Source of the DNA: Halomicrobium mukohataei DSM 12286
Lineage (GTDB): Archaea > Halobacteriota > Halobacteria > Halobacteriales > Haloarculaceae
Direction of reading: 5' to 3'
NCBI RefSeq assembly: GCF_000023965.1
Contig: NC_013202.1
Location: forward strand, 1,950,001-1,982,000
Length of the DNA stretch: 32,000 nt
In this document: positions 18,496-26,395 of the stretch, piece after piece
Numbering within the stretch: position 1 is the first letter of the stretch
How the letters are laid out: every line of letters starts with the position of its first letter
Program-made: the position numbers and the translations under genes
Notes under the pieces: generated by a model
The model's input: only the letters and a program-made list of their open reading frames with translations
Databases searched by the model: none
Told to the model about the DNA's origin: nothing

Positions 18496-20025
18496 ATGGA
18501 ACGTTCCAGTGCGGAGGACGGAGCCCTGCTCAAGTGGTATCGCAACCGGATCGCCGAGCCGACGACCGACGACGAAGTGTACGGCTACTGGCTGTTCGTC
18601 TTCGGTGTCGTGGTCGGTCTGTTCGGCGTGTTACTCGCCGGCTCGACTGCCACACAGACCAGCGGGTCGTTCCAGCGACTGGCCGGGATCGCCCTGGGCG
18701 GACTCGGACTGCTGTTCGTCCTGATCGGGCCGATCATCCGGCTCCCGCTGGAACGCCGGGCGACGAGGGTCTCCTACCTCGGGGCGGCCATCAGCGTCCT
18801 CGCGATCGTCTGGCTCGTCCTCTCGTTCGACGGCGGGCGCGGACAGCGCACGATCGTCTTCGGGACCTACGGCATCGGGATGGCCGTCATCGCGCTGGGT
18901 GCGATCCTCGTGCCGATGCTGAACGAGACCGACGGCGAGACCGCCGTCTCGGCCGCTGAGTCGGCGGCCCAACGGGCGCAGGCGGACGCCGACAGTGCCC
19001 GTACGGAGGCCGACGAACACCGGGCGGACGCCGACGACCTTCGCGATCAGGTCGCCGCTCGGACCGACGAACTGGCAGTGCTCCACGACAGCGCGGCGAC
19101 GTTCGAGCTGTACGAGGACAGGGGCGGCAAGTACCGCTGGCGGCTCCGCCACCGCAACAGCAACATCATCGCCGACAGCGCCCAGGGGTACTCCCGCCGC
19201 GTCGACGCCCAGAACGGGATCGAGAGCGTTCGCCGCAACGCACTGGGCGGCGCGCTCGTGGAACTGGAGACCACGCTCGAAGACTCGACCGACGAGGCAG
19301 AGACGGGCGTCGTCGCCTATCCGCCGGGCGAGAGCAAGGCGACGTTCGAGCTGTACGAGGACAACGTCGGGGGATACCGCTGGCGACTCCAGCACGCCAA
19401 CGGCAACATCATCGCCGACAGCGGCGAGGGCTACACCGAGCGCCGCGAGGCCGAGGCGGCCATCGAGCGCGTGAGCGAGCGGGTCGGACCGGCACAGTAC
19501 CTCCGTGCCGATCCGACGGCCTTCGAGGTGTACCAGGACGCCGCCGAAGAGTGGCGCTGGCGGCTGATTCACAAGAACGGCAAGATCCTCGCCGACAGCG
19601 GTGAGGGGTACGCTTCCCGTAGCGGGGCTCGTGACGCCGTCGATCGCGTCCGGTCTGGTCTGGACGACGACGACTACGAGTTCGAGGTCTACGAGGACAC
19701 GGCCGGCAAGTACCGCTGGCGGCTCGACGCGGACAACGGCGAAACCGTCGCCGACAGCGGGCAGGGGTTCAGCGAGGAGCGGGGCGCGCGCGAGAGCATC
19801 GATCGCGTCGAGGGACACGCGCTCGACGCCGCGGCACTGGACATCGGACTGGCGGCTTTCGAGGTCTTCGAGGACAGCGCCGGGAAGTATCGCTGGCGAC
19901 TCCGCCACCGCAACGGGAACATCCTCGCCGACGGGGGCCAGGGGTACAGCTCGCGGACGAAGGCCTTCGACGGCATCGACAGCGTCAAGCGCAACGCGCC
20001 CAACGCCGAGACCACCGACGCCTGA
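18496..20025 (+). CDS. Membrane protein with four N-terminal TM helices, an acidic linker and five tandem DUF1508 (YegP/UPF0339-like) domains
   Basis: ORF 18442-20025; ATG 18496 (MERSSAEDG..). Hydrophobic segments YWLFVFGVVVGLFGVLLAG, LAGIALGGLGLLFVLIGPII, YLGAAISVLAIVWLVLSF, and IVFGTYGIGMAVIALGAILVPM. Five copies of FE(L/V)(Y/F)xDxxGxYRWRLxHxNGxI(I/L)ADSGxGY. Confidence 0.85.
   Translation: MERSSAEDGALLKWYRNRIAEPTTDDEVYGYWLFVFGVVVGLFGVLLAGSTATQTSGSFQRLAGIALGGLGLLFVLIGPIIRLPLERRATRVSYLGAAISVLAIVWLVLSFDGGRGQRTIVFGTYGIGMAVIALGAILVPMLNETDGETAVSAAESAAQRAQADADSARTEADEHRADADDLRDQVAARTDELAVLHDSAATFELYEDRGGKYRWRLRHRNSNIIADSAQGYSRRVDAQNGIESVRRNALGGALVELETTLEDSTDEAETGVVAYPPGESKATFELYEDNVGGYRWRLQHANGNIIADSGEGYTERREAEAAIERVSERVGPAQYLRADPTAFEVYQDAAEEWRWRLIHKNGKILADSGEGYASRSGARDAVDRVRSGLDDDDYEFEVYEDTAGKYRWRLDADNGETVADSGQGFSEERGARESIDRVEGHALDAAALDIGLAAFEVFEDSAGKYRWRLRHRNGNILADGGQGYSSRTKAFDGIDSVKRNAPNAETTDA
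19096..19995 (+). repeat. Five tandem in-frame domain repeats (about 47-49 codons each) inside the 18496-20025 gene
   Basis: Units at about 19096-19242, 19339-19482, 19516-19656, 19675-19812 and 19852-19995. Units 1 and 2 also share long identical DNA strings (ACGTTCGAGCTGTACGAGGACA, AACATCATCGCCGACAGCG). Confidence 0.85.
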
Positions 20026-20029
20026 CGGC

Positions 20030-20836
20030 TCACCCGTCGTATTCGACGATCTCGAAAGCCGCGTCGCCGTTTCTCAGCGTGTCGGTCAGCCCGGCCAGAT
20101 CGTCCGCCACCGCCAGCAGACACACGTCGAGCCCCTTCGTCGCGGCCTCCGCGACGGCGGCCGCCGTCGCGAACTGGATGTCGATGTCGAGGTCGGCGGC
20201 GTGGGCCGTCGCGACGGCCTCCGTGCCCGAGACCGCGAGCAGGTCGTGGTCGCTCGCTTCCGCCGCGACGGCTGCGTGATCCACGTCGCTGCTTCCCCCG
20301 TCACGGATCGGCGGGATCGAGACGATCGTCACCGTCCCGAGGTCGTACTCCAAGACGCCGTCGAAGTCGGTGATGCCCACGTCCCGGCCCGCCTCGGCCG
20401 CCGAGACGGCGACCGCGGTCGCCGTACCGGCCTCGCCCGGTGTCGCGTGCAACACGCCGTCTCGCATCGTCAGCGAGACCGCCTGTCCGTCCTCGATGGC
20501 GGTGGTCGCGATGGCGGTCTCGATCTCGACTTCGCCGATCACGTCGTCGGAGACGTGGTCGACGAACTCCCGGAGGTCGGTCGTCTGCGTGATGAGCCAG
20601 TCGACCCCCTCCTTGGTGACTTCGTAGCGCCCTCGTCCGTGCTTCTGGACGAAGTCGTTCTCGACGAGATCCTGGAGGTAGTTCGAGACTGCCTGCGAGG
20701 TGATGCCGATGCTGTCGGCGATCTCCTGTTGACTGACCGCCGGCTGGCGCTCGGCGATCTCGATGAGGATCTGGTACTGGGTCGCCGACCGCTTGCTCTG
20801 GAGGACCGTAGTGCCGTCGTGTGCCCCGTCCGTCAT
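20030..20836 (-). CDS. Transcriptional regulator with an N-terminal winged helix-turn-helix and a C-terminal domain of unknown function (COG1497-like)
   Basis: ORF 20030-20863. The 20863 codon is TTG, so ATG 20836 (MTDGAHDG..) is preferred. Contains ..ATQYQILIEIAERQPAVSQQEIADSIGITSQAVSNYLQDLVENDFVQKHGRGRYEVTKEG.. Confidence 0.75.
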   Translation of the reverse strand: MTDGAHDGTTVLQSKRSATQYQILIEIAERQPAVSQQEIADSIGITSQAVSNYLQDLVENDFVQKHGRGRYEVTKEGVDWLITQTTDLREFVDHVSDDVIGEVEIETAIATTAIEDGQAVSLTMRDGVLHATPGEAGTATAVAVSAAEAGRDVGITDFDGVLEYDLGTVTIVSIPPIRDGGSSDVDHAAVAAEASDHDLLAVSGTEAVATAHAADLDIDIQFATAAAVAEAATKGLDVCLLAVADDLAGLTDTLRNGDAAFEIVEYDG

Positions 20837-21023
20837 TGTCGATGCTGAGGGCGGCCCGGACAAGTATGTTTGCCCTTCATCCCCACAGGACCGGTGCTGG
20901 GGCGCTCACGATCGTCTGAAGGAAAGTCGAGTTGTTACCGGAGCGATCCCGTTGTGGTCGATCCCAGCGTGGTTGTGTCGGGAAAACCGATGATATTTCA
21001 CCCCACTGGACGGAGTGTCGACC

Positions 21024-21224
21024 ATGACAGACGACGAACTCCCCGACATCCCCGTTATCTGTACGGACTGCGACACCCGGACCAGCGTCGCGTTCGACGA
21101 GGTCGAGGCGGCGGTCGAGCGCCACAACGAACAGCTCCACGACGGCGAGGCGGTCGCACAGGTCGATCCCGAAGTCATGGAGGTCCTCGCCGACCGCGTC
21201 GCCGAAGACCTGGGACTGCTGTAG
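21024..21224 (+). CDS. Small acidic protein (66 aa) with a single CxxC motif; conserved-hypothetical type
   Basis: ORF 21015-21224; ATG at 21024. MTDDELPDIPVICTDCDTRTSVAFDEVEAAVERHNEQLHDGE.. Acidic, high GC3, with a TATA-like GATATTTC about 27 nt upstream. Confidence 0.55.
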   Translation: MTDDELPDIPVICTDCDTRTSVAFDEVEAAVERHNEQLHDGEAVAQVDPEVMEVLADRVAEDLGLL

Positions 21225-21228
21225 TCCG

Positions 21229-22866
21229 TCAGCGGACGTTCTCGACCCCTGCTCTGACGCGCCGCCCGATGCCGGCGGCGACGCCCCGGAGCGTGTGGCC
21301 CGCCCAGTAGAACTCGCTGGTCGCCCAGCACAGGCCGACGAGCACGAACAGCGCGGCGAAGGCCAGGTCGGTAAAGAGCACCCACGGCGGCGCGGTGTAG
21401 AGGATACCGTTCGTGACCAGCGACGGCGTCACGTCTTTCAGGGTGAGCCAGAACCGGTCGGCGGGGGTCCGATCGCCGGTCGTCTCGAGCGACGCTCCGA
21501 CCGAGGGCGGCGTCGCTGTCCCGTTCGCCCCATCCTCCGGCTGGGTCCTGGGTTCGACCGGTGCCCGTCCTCTGAGCCGTGCGGCCGGTCCGCCCTCGCT
21601 CTCGTCGCCGGTTCCGATCCGCTCGACGTCGTAGGGCATCCCGACGGTGGCCGACCAGACGATCTCGTCGTCGGCGTTCACCTCGACGAGTCGGTTGCCG
21701 TTCGAGTCGACCAGCAGCGTGTTGCCGTTGGGGAGACGGTCGGCGTCCCGTGGCCACTTGAGACGCACGTCCTGCCAGGACCAGCTCTGGACCCACTCGC
21801 CGTCGACGCGCTGGTACTCGACGACGCGGGCGTTCTCGGAGTCCGCGACGACGACGGCGGGGCCGCCGTACGCTCGCGGGATGTAGTCGGCGTTGTGTTG
21901 CTCGTAGAGGATCGAGTGGTTGCCGTCCTCCCCGAGGGTCCAGTTCTCGTCGACGGCGTACCCCCCGCCGTCGGTCCGATCGAGGAAGATCACCTCGTCC
22001 ATGTTGCGCGGACTGAGCATGATCCGGCCGTCGGACAGCACTTCCACGTCGTTGACGTGCGTCCAGTCCCCGCCCTGGCCGCCGGCCTCGCGGCTGTAGT
22101 GTTCGTCGAAGCGCCACTCCCAGACGACCGAGTCGTCGCGCGTGTCCACGACGAACACCGAGTCTTCGACGATGTCGGCGACGATCAGGTGGGTGTCGTT
22201 GATCCTGTCCACGTCGTGCCAGCGGCCGGACGCGACCTGGGGTGTCATCTCCGCGTACACGGTCTCGTGGTCGCCCGTGGTGAGGTTGACGCGGTTGACG
22301 ACGTTGCGCGTACACTGGCCGCTGTGGAACTGCTCGCAGTCGTCGCCCTCGAAGTGCTTCGCGGCGACGTACTCGACGGTGTAGCGCTCCCCCTCGACGG
22401 GATCTACGTCGAAGTAGACGCGGTAGGTGTCGTTGAAGTAGACGACGCTCCCGTCGGGCGTCAACGCGGCCAGCTCCGCCGTCTGGTCGCCCACGTAGAA
22501 CCCCTGTGTCGCGACGACGGTCAGGCCGCGCTCGCCACTGGCCGCCCGGACCCGCTGGGTCGACCAGTTCTCTCCCGGCAGCGTCTCCGATTTCGCCCGC
22601 TGAAACCGTGATTCCACGTCGACCTCCGTCAGACCGCTCGACGGTGGCGCTGCCGTGGCCGTCGCGTCACCGCCGGCCGATCGGTTTTCCTCCGCGACCG
22701 TCGTCGCGTCGTCAGGTGTGGTCGCGGCCGGCGTTGCCGTCGCCGTTTCGGTGCCCGTCTCGGCACCGGCAGTCGACTGGAGAAACGACTGTCCGACCGC
22801 CGCGGCCGAGAGGATCATGACCGTCAGAAAGAGGACTCGCAGCGCCGATCGTGTGCGCGCTCTCAT
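21229..22866 (-). CDS. Secreted, C-terminally membrane-anchored beta-propeller protein of the arylsulfotransferase (ASST)-like family
   Basis: 545 aa. N-terminal signal-like MRARTRSALRVLFLTVMILSAAAVG, a Thr/Ala-rich linker, and ASST-like blocks (..VVWEWRFDEHY..GGDWTHVNDVEVLSDGRIMLSPRNMDEVIFLD..ILYEQHNADYIP..ADSENARVVEY..LPNGNTLLVDSNGNRLVEV..). C-terminal TM segment LAFAALFVLVGLCWA. Confidence 0.8.
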   Translation of the reverse strand: MRARTRSALRVLFLTVMILSAAAVGQSFLQSTAGAETGTETATATPAATTPDDATTVAEENRSAGGDATATAAPPSSGLTEVDVESRFQRAKSETLPGENWSTQRVRAASGERGLTVVATQGFYVGDQTAELAALTPDGSVVYFNDTYRVYFDVDPVEGERYTVEYVAAKHFEGDDCEQFHSGQCTRNVVNRVNLTTGDHETVYAEMTPQVASGRWHDVDRINDTHLIVADIVEDSVFVVDTRDDSVVWEWRFDEHYSREAGGQGGDWTHVNDVEVLSDGRIMLSPRNMDEVIFLDRTDGGGYAVDENWTLGEDGNHSILYEQHNADYIPRAYGGPAVVVADSENARVVEYQRVDGEWVQSWSWQDVRLKWPRDADRLPNGNTLLVDSNGNRLVEVNADDEIVWSATVGMPYDVERIGTGDESEGGPAARLRGRAPVEPRTQPEDGANGTATPPSVGASLETTGDRTPADRFWLTLKDVTPSLVTNGILYTAPPWVLFTDLAFAALFVLVGLCWATSEFYWAGHTLRGVAAGIGRRVRAGVENVR

Positions 22867-23117
22867 CGGTTGAACAGGAGATGAGTCGACCGACCGCGGT
22901 TAAGTCTTTGTGAACGCTCAGCCTCGCTTTGAGCGACCGGATCGTTCAGCGCTCGCTCATCCTGCGACCAACATACATTGCTCATCAGCCACCAGTACAC
23001 CAGCTTTGCCTCGCACCGGCGAAATGCTATCAATTACGTTCCCGTTTCGAACGGTCCGCTTCTGGTGCCCGGGTCGCGAAGCTATAAGTCATTATCGCAA
23101 TAATCATTATCCAGAGT

Positions 23118-24512
23118 ATGACCTTTTACGATCGGGTGGACGAACTGGACACACTCGTCGACGACTTCGAGACTCCAGGTCACGATTTCTACGTCGTGTA
23201 CGGTCGCCGTCGAGTCGGGAAAACTGCGCTCCTCAAGGAATTCTGTGACGGCCGACCACACATCTATTTCCTCGCAGCACAGGAGGCCGAAGCTCGTCAG
23301 CGTGAGAAATTCGTCGAGACCGTTGCCGATCACTTCGACGATCGGGTTCCGCGTATCGACGGGTGGGACGAGGCGTTCAGCTATCTCGGCGAGAAGATCG
23401 CACAGGAGCGGTGTATCGTCGCGATCGACGAGTTCCCGTATCTCGTCGACGAGAACGACTCACTGCCGTCGTACGTCCAGTCGTTCGGGGACGAACAGCT
23501 ACAGGAGACGGACTCGATGCTCGTGTTGTGTGGCTCCAGTATCAGTACGATGGAGTCGGAAGTCCTGGGACACGAGAGCCCGCTGTACGGTCGACGGACG
23601 GGACAGATCGATCTCCAGGCGTTTACGTTCCAGCAAGCTCGTGACGTGATCGCGTACGACATCGAAGCGGCGGTCCAGTCGTACGCGATTACGGGTGGAA
23701 CGCCGATGTATCTCACTCTGTTCGATTACAGTCGTCCACTCGGCAAGAATATCAAACAGGAGATTCTCTCACCGACGGCGGTGCTCTACAACGAACCGGC
23801 GTTTCTCCTTCGGACCGAGTTGCGCACTCCCGGCCGCTACATGAGTATCCTCGAGGCGGTCGCGACGGGCAATACCACGCCAAGTGAGATCGCCGGTGCG
23901 TCAGGAATCGATTCGGGACCACTCTCGAAATATCTCCAGACGTTACGCCGCCTCCGGCTGATCGACCGGGAAGTACCCGTAACCGCGTCGTCGAAGCAGT
24001 CCAAGCGATCCCGCTACCACGTGGACGACGAGTTCCTTCGCTTCTGGTTTCGGTTCGTCGAGCCGAACCGATCCAGTATCGAGGAAGCCCCAGCAGTCGT
24101 CTACGACGAGACGATCGAACCGAATCTCTCGGACCACGTCGCGACGACGTTCAAAGATGTCTGTCGGGAGGCTGTTTGGGCTGCAATCAGGCGTGACGAT
24201 CTCGGACCATATTCTGAGGTCGGGCGGTGGTGGTACGGTGAGGACGAGATCGACATCGTCGGTCTAGCACCGGGTGACGACCGAATCCTGTTCGGGGAGT
24301 GCAAGTGGACGAATGAACCCGTCGGACACGGACTCGCGTCACAGCTACGCGAGAAAGGAGAGCGTGTTCGGTGGGGACCAGACACCCGTGACGAGGAGTA
24401 CGCTCTGTTTTCGAGGAACGGCTTCGTCGACGGACTGGCAGACGATCTGGGCGACGACTGGGAACTGTTTGATTTGAGTAGGATTGGCGAGATCCTCTAT
24501 AGTGACAATTGA
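23118..24512 (+). CDS. AAA+ 'archaeal ATPase' family protein with a C-terminal DUF234-type wHTH/PD-(D/E)xK-like module
   Basis: 464 aa. Walker A YGRRRVGKTAL (23202-23225), Walker B IVAIDEFPY, and C-terminal ..EDEIDIVGLAPGDDRILFGECKWT.. (24243-24308). About 55% GC against about 68-70% in neighbouring genes. Confidence 0.88.
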   Translation: MTFYDRVDELDTLVDDFETPGHDFYVVYGRRRVGKTALLKEFCDGRPHIYFLAAQEAEARQREKFVETVADHFDDRVPRIDGWDEAFSYLGEKIAQERCIVAIDEFPYLVDENDSLPSYVQSFGDEQLQETDSMLVLCGSSISTMESEVLGHESPLYGRRTGQIDLQAFTFQQARDVIAYDIEAAVQSYAITGGTPMYLTLFDYSRPLGKNIKQEILSPTAVLYNEPAFLLRTELRTPGRYMSILEAVATGNTTPSEIAGASGIDSGPLSKYLQTLRRLRLIDREVPVTASSKQSKRSRYHVDDEFLRFWFRFVEPNRSSIEEAPAVVYDETIEPNLSDHVATTFKDVCREAVWAAIRRDDLGPYSEVGRWWYGEDEIDIVGLAPGDDRILFGECKWTNEPVGHGLASQLREKGERVRWGPDTRDEEYALFSRNGFVDGLADDLGDDWELFDLSRIGEILYSDN

Positions 24513-24521
24513 AACGATTTA

Positions 24522-24567
24522 CACACCGATCGCACTGCCGTCGTGCGATCGGGTGTGCATTGATTTT
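24522..24567 (+). terminator. Hairpin (14 bp, one bulge, 7-nt loop) plus T4 after the ATPase gene
   Basis: CACACCGATCGCAC (24522-24535) pairs with GTGCGATCGGGTGTG (24543-24557). TTTT follows at 24564-24567, 10 nt after the stop codon. Confidence 0.5.
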
Positions 24568-24687
24568 CAATGGCTACTATAGCTCAGTCACAGACAATGG
24601 ACCGATAGCGCACACTGGCGGCTTGACCGCCTCAGATCGCCACCCCGCTGTTCTAATGAAGATCGTTCGATGCGGGAACGAACGCCC

Positions 24688-24873
24688 TCAGCGCTCGTCC
24701 CACGCGTTCAGACAGGACTCGTCACAGAAGTGCGCTTCCCGGACGGTGTCGTCTTCGATCCAGGTCACCTCGCGGTGGGTCGGCTCGTTCACGATTGCGT
24801 CGCCACACTGCTCGCAGTCGGGCGCTTCGGACTCGTCTAGGTCCTCGTGATGGTCCGATGTGGGATCTACCAT
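24688..24873 (-). CDS. Small zinc-finger protein (61 aa, CxxCG..CxxxC)
   Basis: ORF 24688-24996; ATG 24873 is preferred. MVDPTSDHHEDLDESEAPDCEQCGDAIVNEPTHREVTWIEDDTVREAHFCDESCLNAWDER. Acidic; co-directional with and 61 nt downstream of the GlmU-like gene. Confidence 0.6.
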   Translation of the reverse strand: MVDPTSDHHEDLDESEAPDCEQCGDAIVNEPTHREVTWIEDDTVREAHFCDESCLNAWDER

Positions 24874-24934
24874 TAGCCGAATCGTTGGCGTCACGCTATT
24901 TAATCCCACAGATATCTCGATCCGCCACCGCCTC

Positions 24935-26116
24935 TCACCGATCCCGCGTGACCGACTCGCCCGGCGTCGTGGTGGCTCCCTTCGACAGGGTGACACCGGG
25001 GTTGATGCTCGTGTTGACCGCGGTCTTGACGCCGTCTCCGGCGACGACGCCGTACTTTCGCCGTCCGGTCGAGACGCGGTCGCCCTTGACTGTCTGTCTG
25101 ACCGGCTCGCCGTCGTGACGGAGGTTCGCCACCTGCGTGCCGGCTCCGAAGTTCACGCCCTCGCCGAGGACGCTGTCGCCGACGTACGTGACGTGGGGGA
25201 CGGCCGAGCCGGCACCGATCACGCTGTTTTTGATCTCGACGCCGTGGCCGACGTGGGTGTCCTCGGCGAGCAGGGTCGCTCCGCGGACGTAGGCGTTGGG
25301 TCCGACCTCCGCGCCGGCACGGATCAGTGCCGGCCCCTCGACGACGACGCCGGGCTCGACGGTCGCGCCGGCCTCGACGACGACGTTTCCGCGGAGCGTC
25401 GCGTCACCGCGGACCTCGCCGTCGATCCGCCGATCGAGCTCCCCGAGCTTCCACTCGTTTGCCGCCAGCAACTCCCAGGGTCGCCCCACGTCGAGCCAGC
25501 GGTCGACCTCGACCGCCGAGACGGTACCGGTCTCGATCGCTCGCGCGACCACGTCGGTGATCTCGTACTCGCCGCGCTCGCTTTTCTCGACGTCGAGCCA
25601 CTCGCGGGCGTCGGCCGGAAACACGTACGCACCGGCGTTCGCGAGCTCCGTCGGCGGGTCGTCGGGCTTCTCGACGATCCCCGTCACGGTGCTGCGGTCC
25701 GTCGAGAGGACGCCGTAGGCCGTCGGATCGTCGACGCGAGACGCCGCGATGGCCGGGCCGGCGTCGAACAGCGCGGCGATCGACGATCGATCGTAGAGAT
25801 TGTCGCCGTTGAGGACGGCGAAGGGACCGTCGAGGTGCTCGCTGGCGGCCCTGACGGCGTCCGCGGTGCCGCGTTGTTCGGCCTGGACTGCGAACTCCAC
25901 CGGGACGCCGCGATACTCCTCGCCGAAGTACGACCTGACCGCGTCGGCTTCGTACCCGACGACCAGTATCAGCTCGCTCGCCCCCGCCTCGACCGCCGCG
26001 TCGGCGGTGTGTGCCACCAGCGGCCGGTCTGCGACCGGCAACATCGGTTTCGGCGTGTCCGTCGTAAGCGGTCGCATTCGCGTCCCCTCACCTGCCGCGA
26101 GGATGACTACTTGCAT
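24935..26116 (-). CDS. glmU: Bifunctional sugar-1-phosphate nucleotidylyltransferase/acetyltransferase (GlmU-like; N-terminal NTP-transferase plus C-terminal left-handed beta-helix)
   Basis: 393 aa. MQVVILAAGEGTRMRPLTTDTPKPMLPV.., QRGTADAV, and C-terminal hexapeptide repeats (..VEPGVVVEGPALIRAGAEVGPNAYVRGATLL..). Confidence 0.88.
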   Translation of the reverse strand: MQVVILAAGEGTRMRPLTTDTPKPMLPVADRPLVAHTADAAVEAGASELILVVGYEADAVRSYFGEEYRGVPVEFAVQAEQRGTADAVRAASEHLDGPFAVLNGDNLYDRSSIAALFDAGPAIAASRVDDPTAYGVLSTDRSTVTGIVEKPDDPPTELANAGAYVFPADAREWLDVEKSERGEYEITDVVARAIETGTVSAVEVDRWLDVGRPWELLAANEWKLGELDRRIDGEVRGDATLRGNVVVEAGATVEPGVVVEGPALIRAGAEVGPNAYVRGATLLAEDTHVGHGVEIKNSVIGAGSAVPHVTYVGDSVLGEGVNFGAGTQVANLRHDGEPVRQTVKGDRVSTGRRKYGVVAGDGVKTAVNTSINPGVTLSKGATTTPGESVTRDR

Positions 26117-26228
26117 ACGCGCCGAGACTCACGGCATCCATTTGAAGCTACGGTCGACGGGACGGGTGGCCGGCGGTCCGAGTCGACGCCGACACCGTCG
26201 CTACGCGGTTTCGTGTCCCTCTGGAAAC

Positions 26229-26282
26229 GGCTCCCGCTCACGACGTTGTTCGCGAGAGAAATGCTCGCTCAGGGATCTGAAC
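26229..26282. repeat. Direct repeat copy 1 (54 bp): duplicate of the tRNA-Glu 3' end (21 nt) plus its 33-nt trailer
   Basis: GGCTCCCGCTCACGACGTTGTTCGCGAGAGAAATGCTCGCTCAGGGATCTGAAC. It matches copy 2 at 52/54 positions, 113 bp away. Confidence 0.9.
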
Positions 26283-26341
26283 AGGTGCGAGACGTGCTCG
26301 TGTCGCTGCGCGCGACTCGCGTGCTCAAACCCTGTTGGGAT

Positions 26342-26395
26342 GGCTCTCGCTCACGACGTTGTTCGCGAGAGAAATGCTCGCTCAGGGATTTGAAC
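26342..26395. repeat. Direct repeat copy 2 (54 bp), overlapping the genuine 3' end of tRNA-Glu
   Basis: GGCTCTCGCTCACGACGTTGTTCGCGAGAGAAATGCTCGCTCAGGGATTTGAAC. Bases 26375-26395 are the tRNA discriminator, the 3' acceptor strand and part of the T arm. Confidence 0.9.

Noticed and set aside
20906-22611. Long ORFs 20906-22315 (-) and 21295-22611 (+) overlapping the ASST-like gene.
   Set aside because: They are alternative-frame or antisense shadows. Extreme Arg/Pro/Gly content is incompatible with the acidic proteome, and the 21229-22866 frame has the real family motifs.
22951-22959. GCTCGCTCA matches 9 nt of the tRNA-Glu 3' end, which could mark a distal att site defining a 3.4-kb island (22951-26382).
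   Set aside because: The match is only 9 nt, the interval includes the housekeeping GlmU-like gene at normal GC, and no integrase is present.
23102-23112. The 11-mer AATCATTATCC is shared between the ATPase upstream region (23102-23112) and the acyl-CoA dehydrogenase upstream region (29851-29861). TCATTATC is also duplicated at 23089-23096 and 23104-23111.
   Set aside because: Both copies lie in AT-rich core-promoter positions where TATA-like sequences are expected. The match is too short to argue for a shared regulator or a mobile-element end.
24570-24650. GGCTACTATAGCTCAGTCAC resembles a tRNA 5' end and D arm.
   Set aside because: No matching D-stem return, anticodon arm, T arm (no GTTCRANYC) or 3' acceptor strand follows. 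Only a small GGCGG-CTTGA-CCGCC hairpin is present. I treat it as a chance resemblance.
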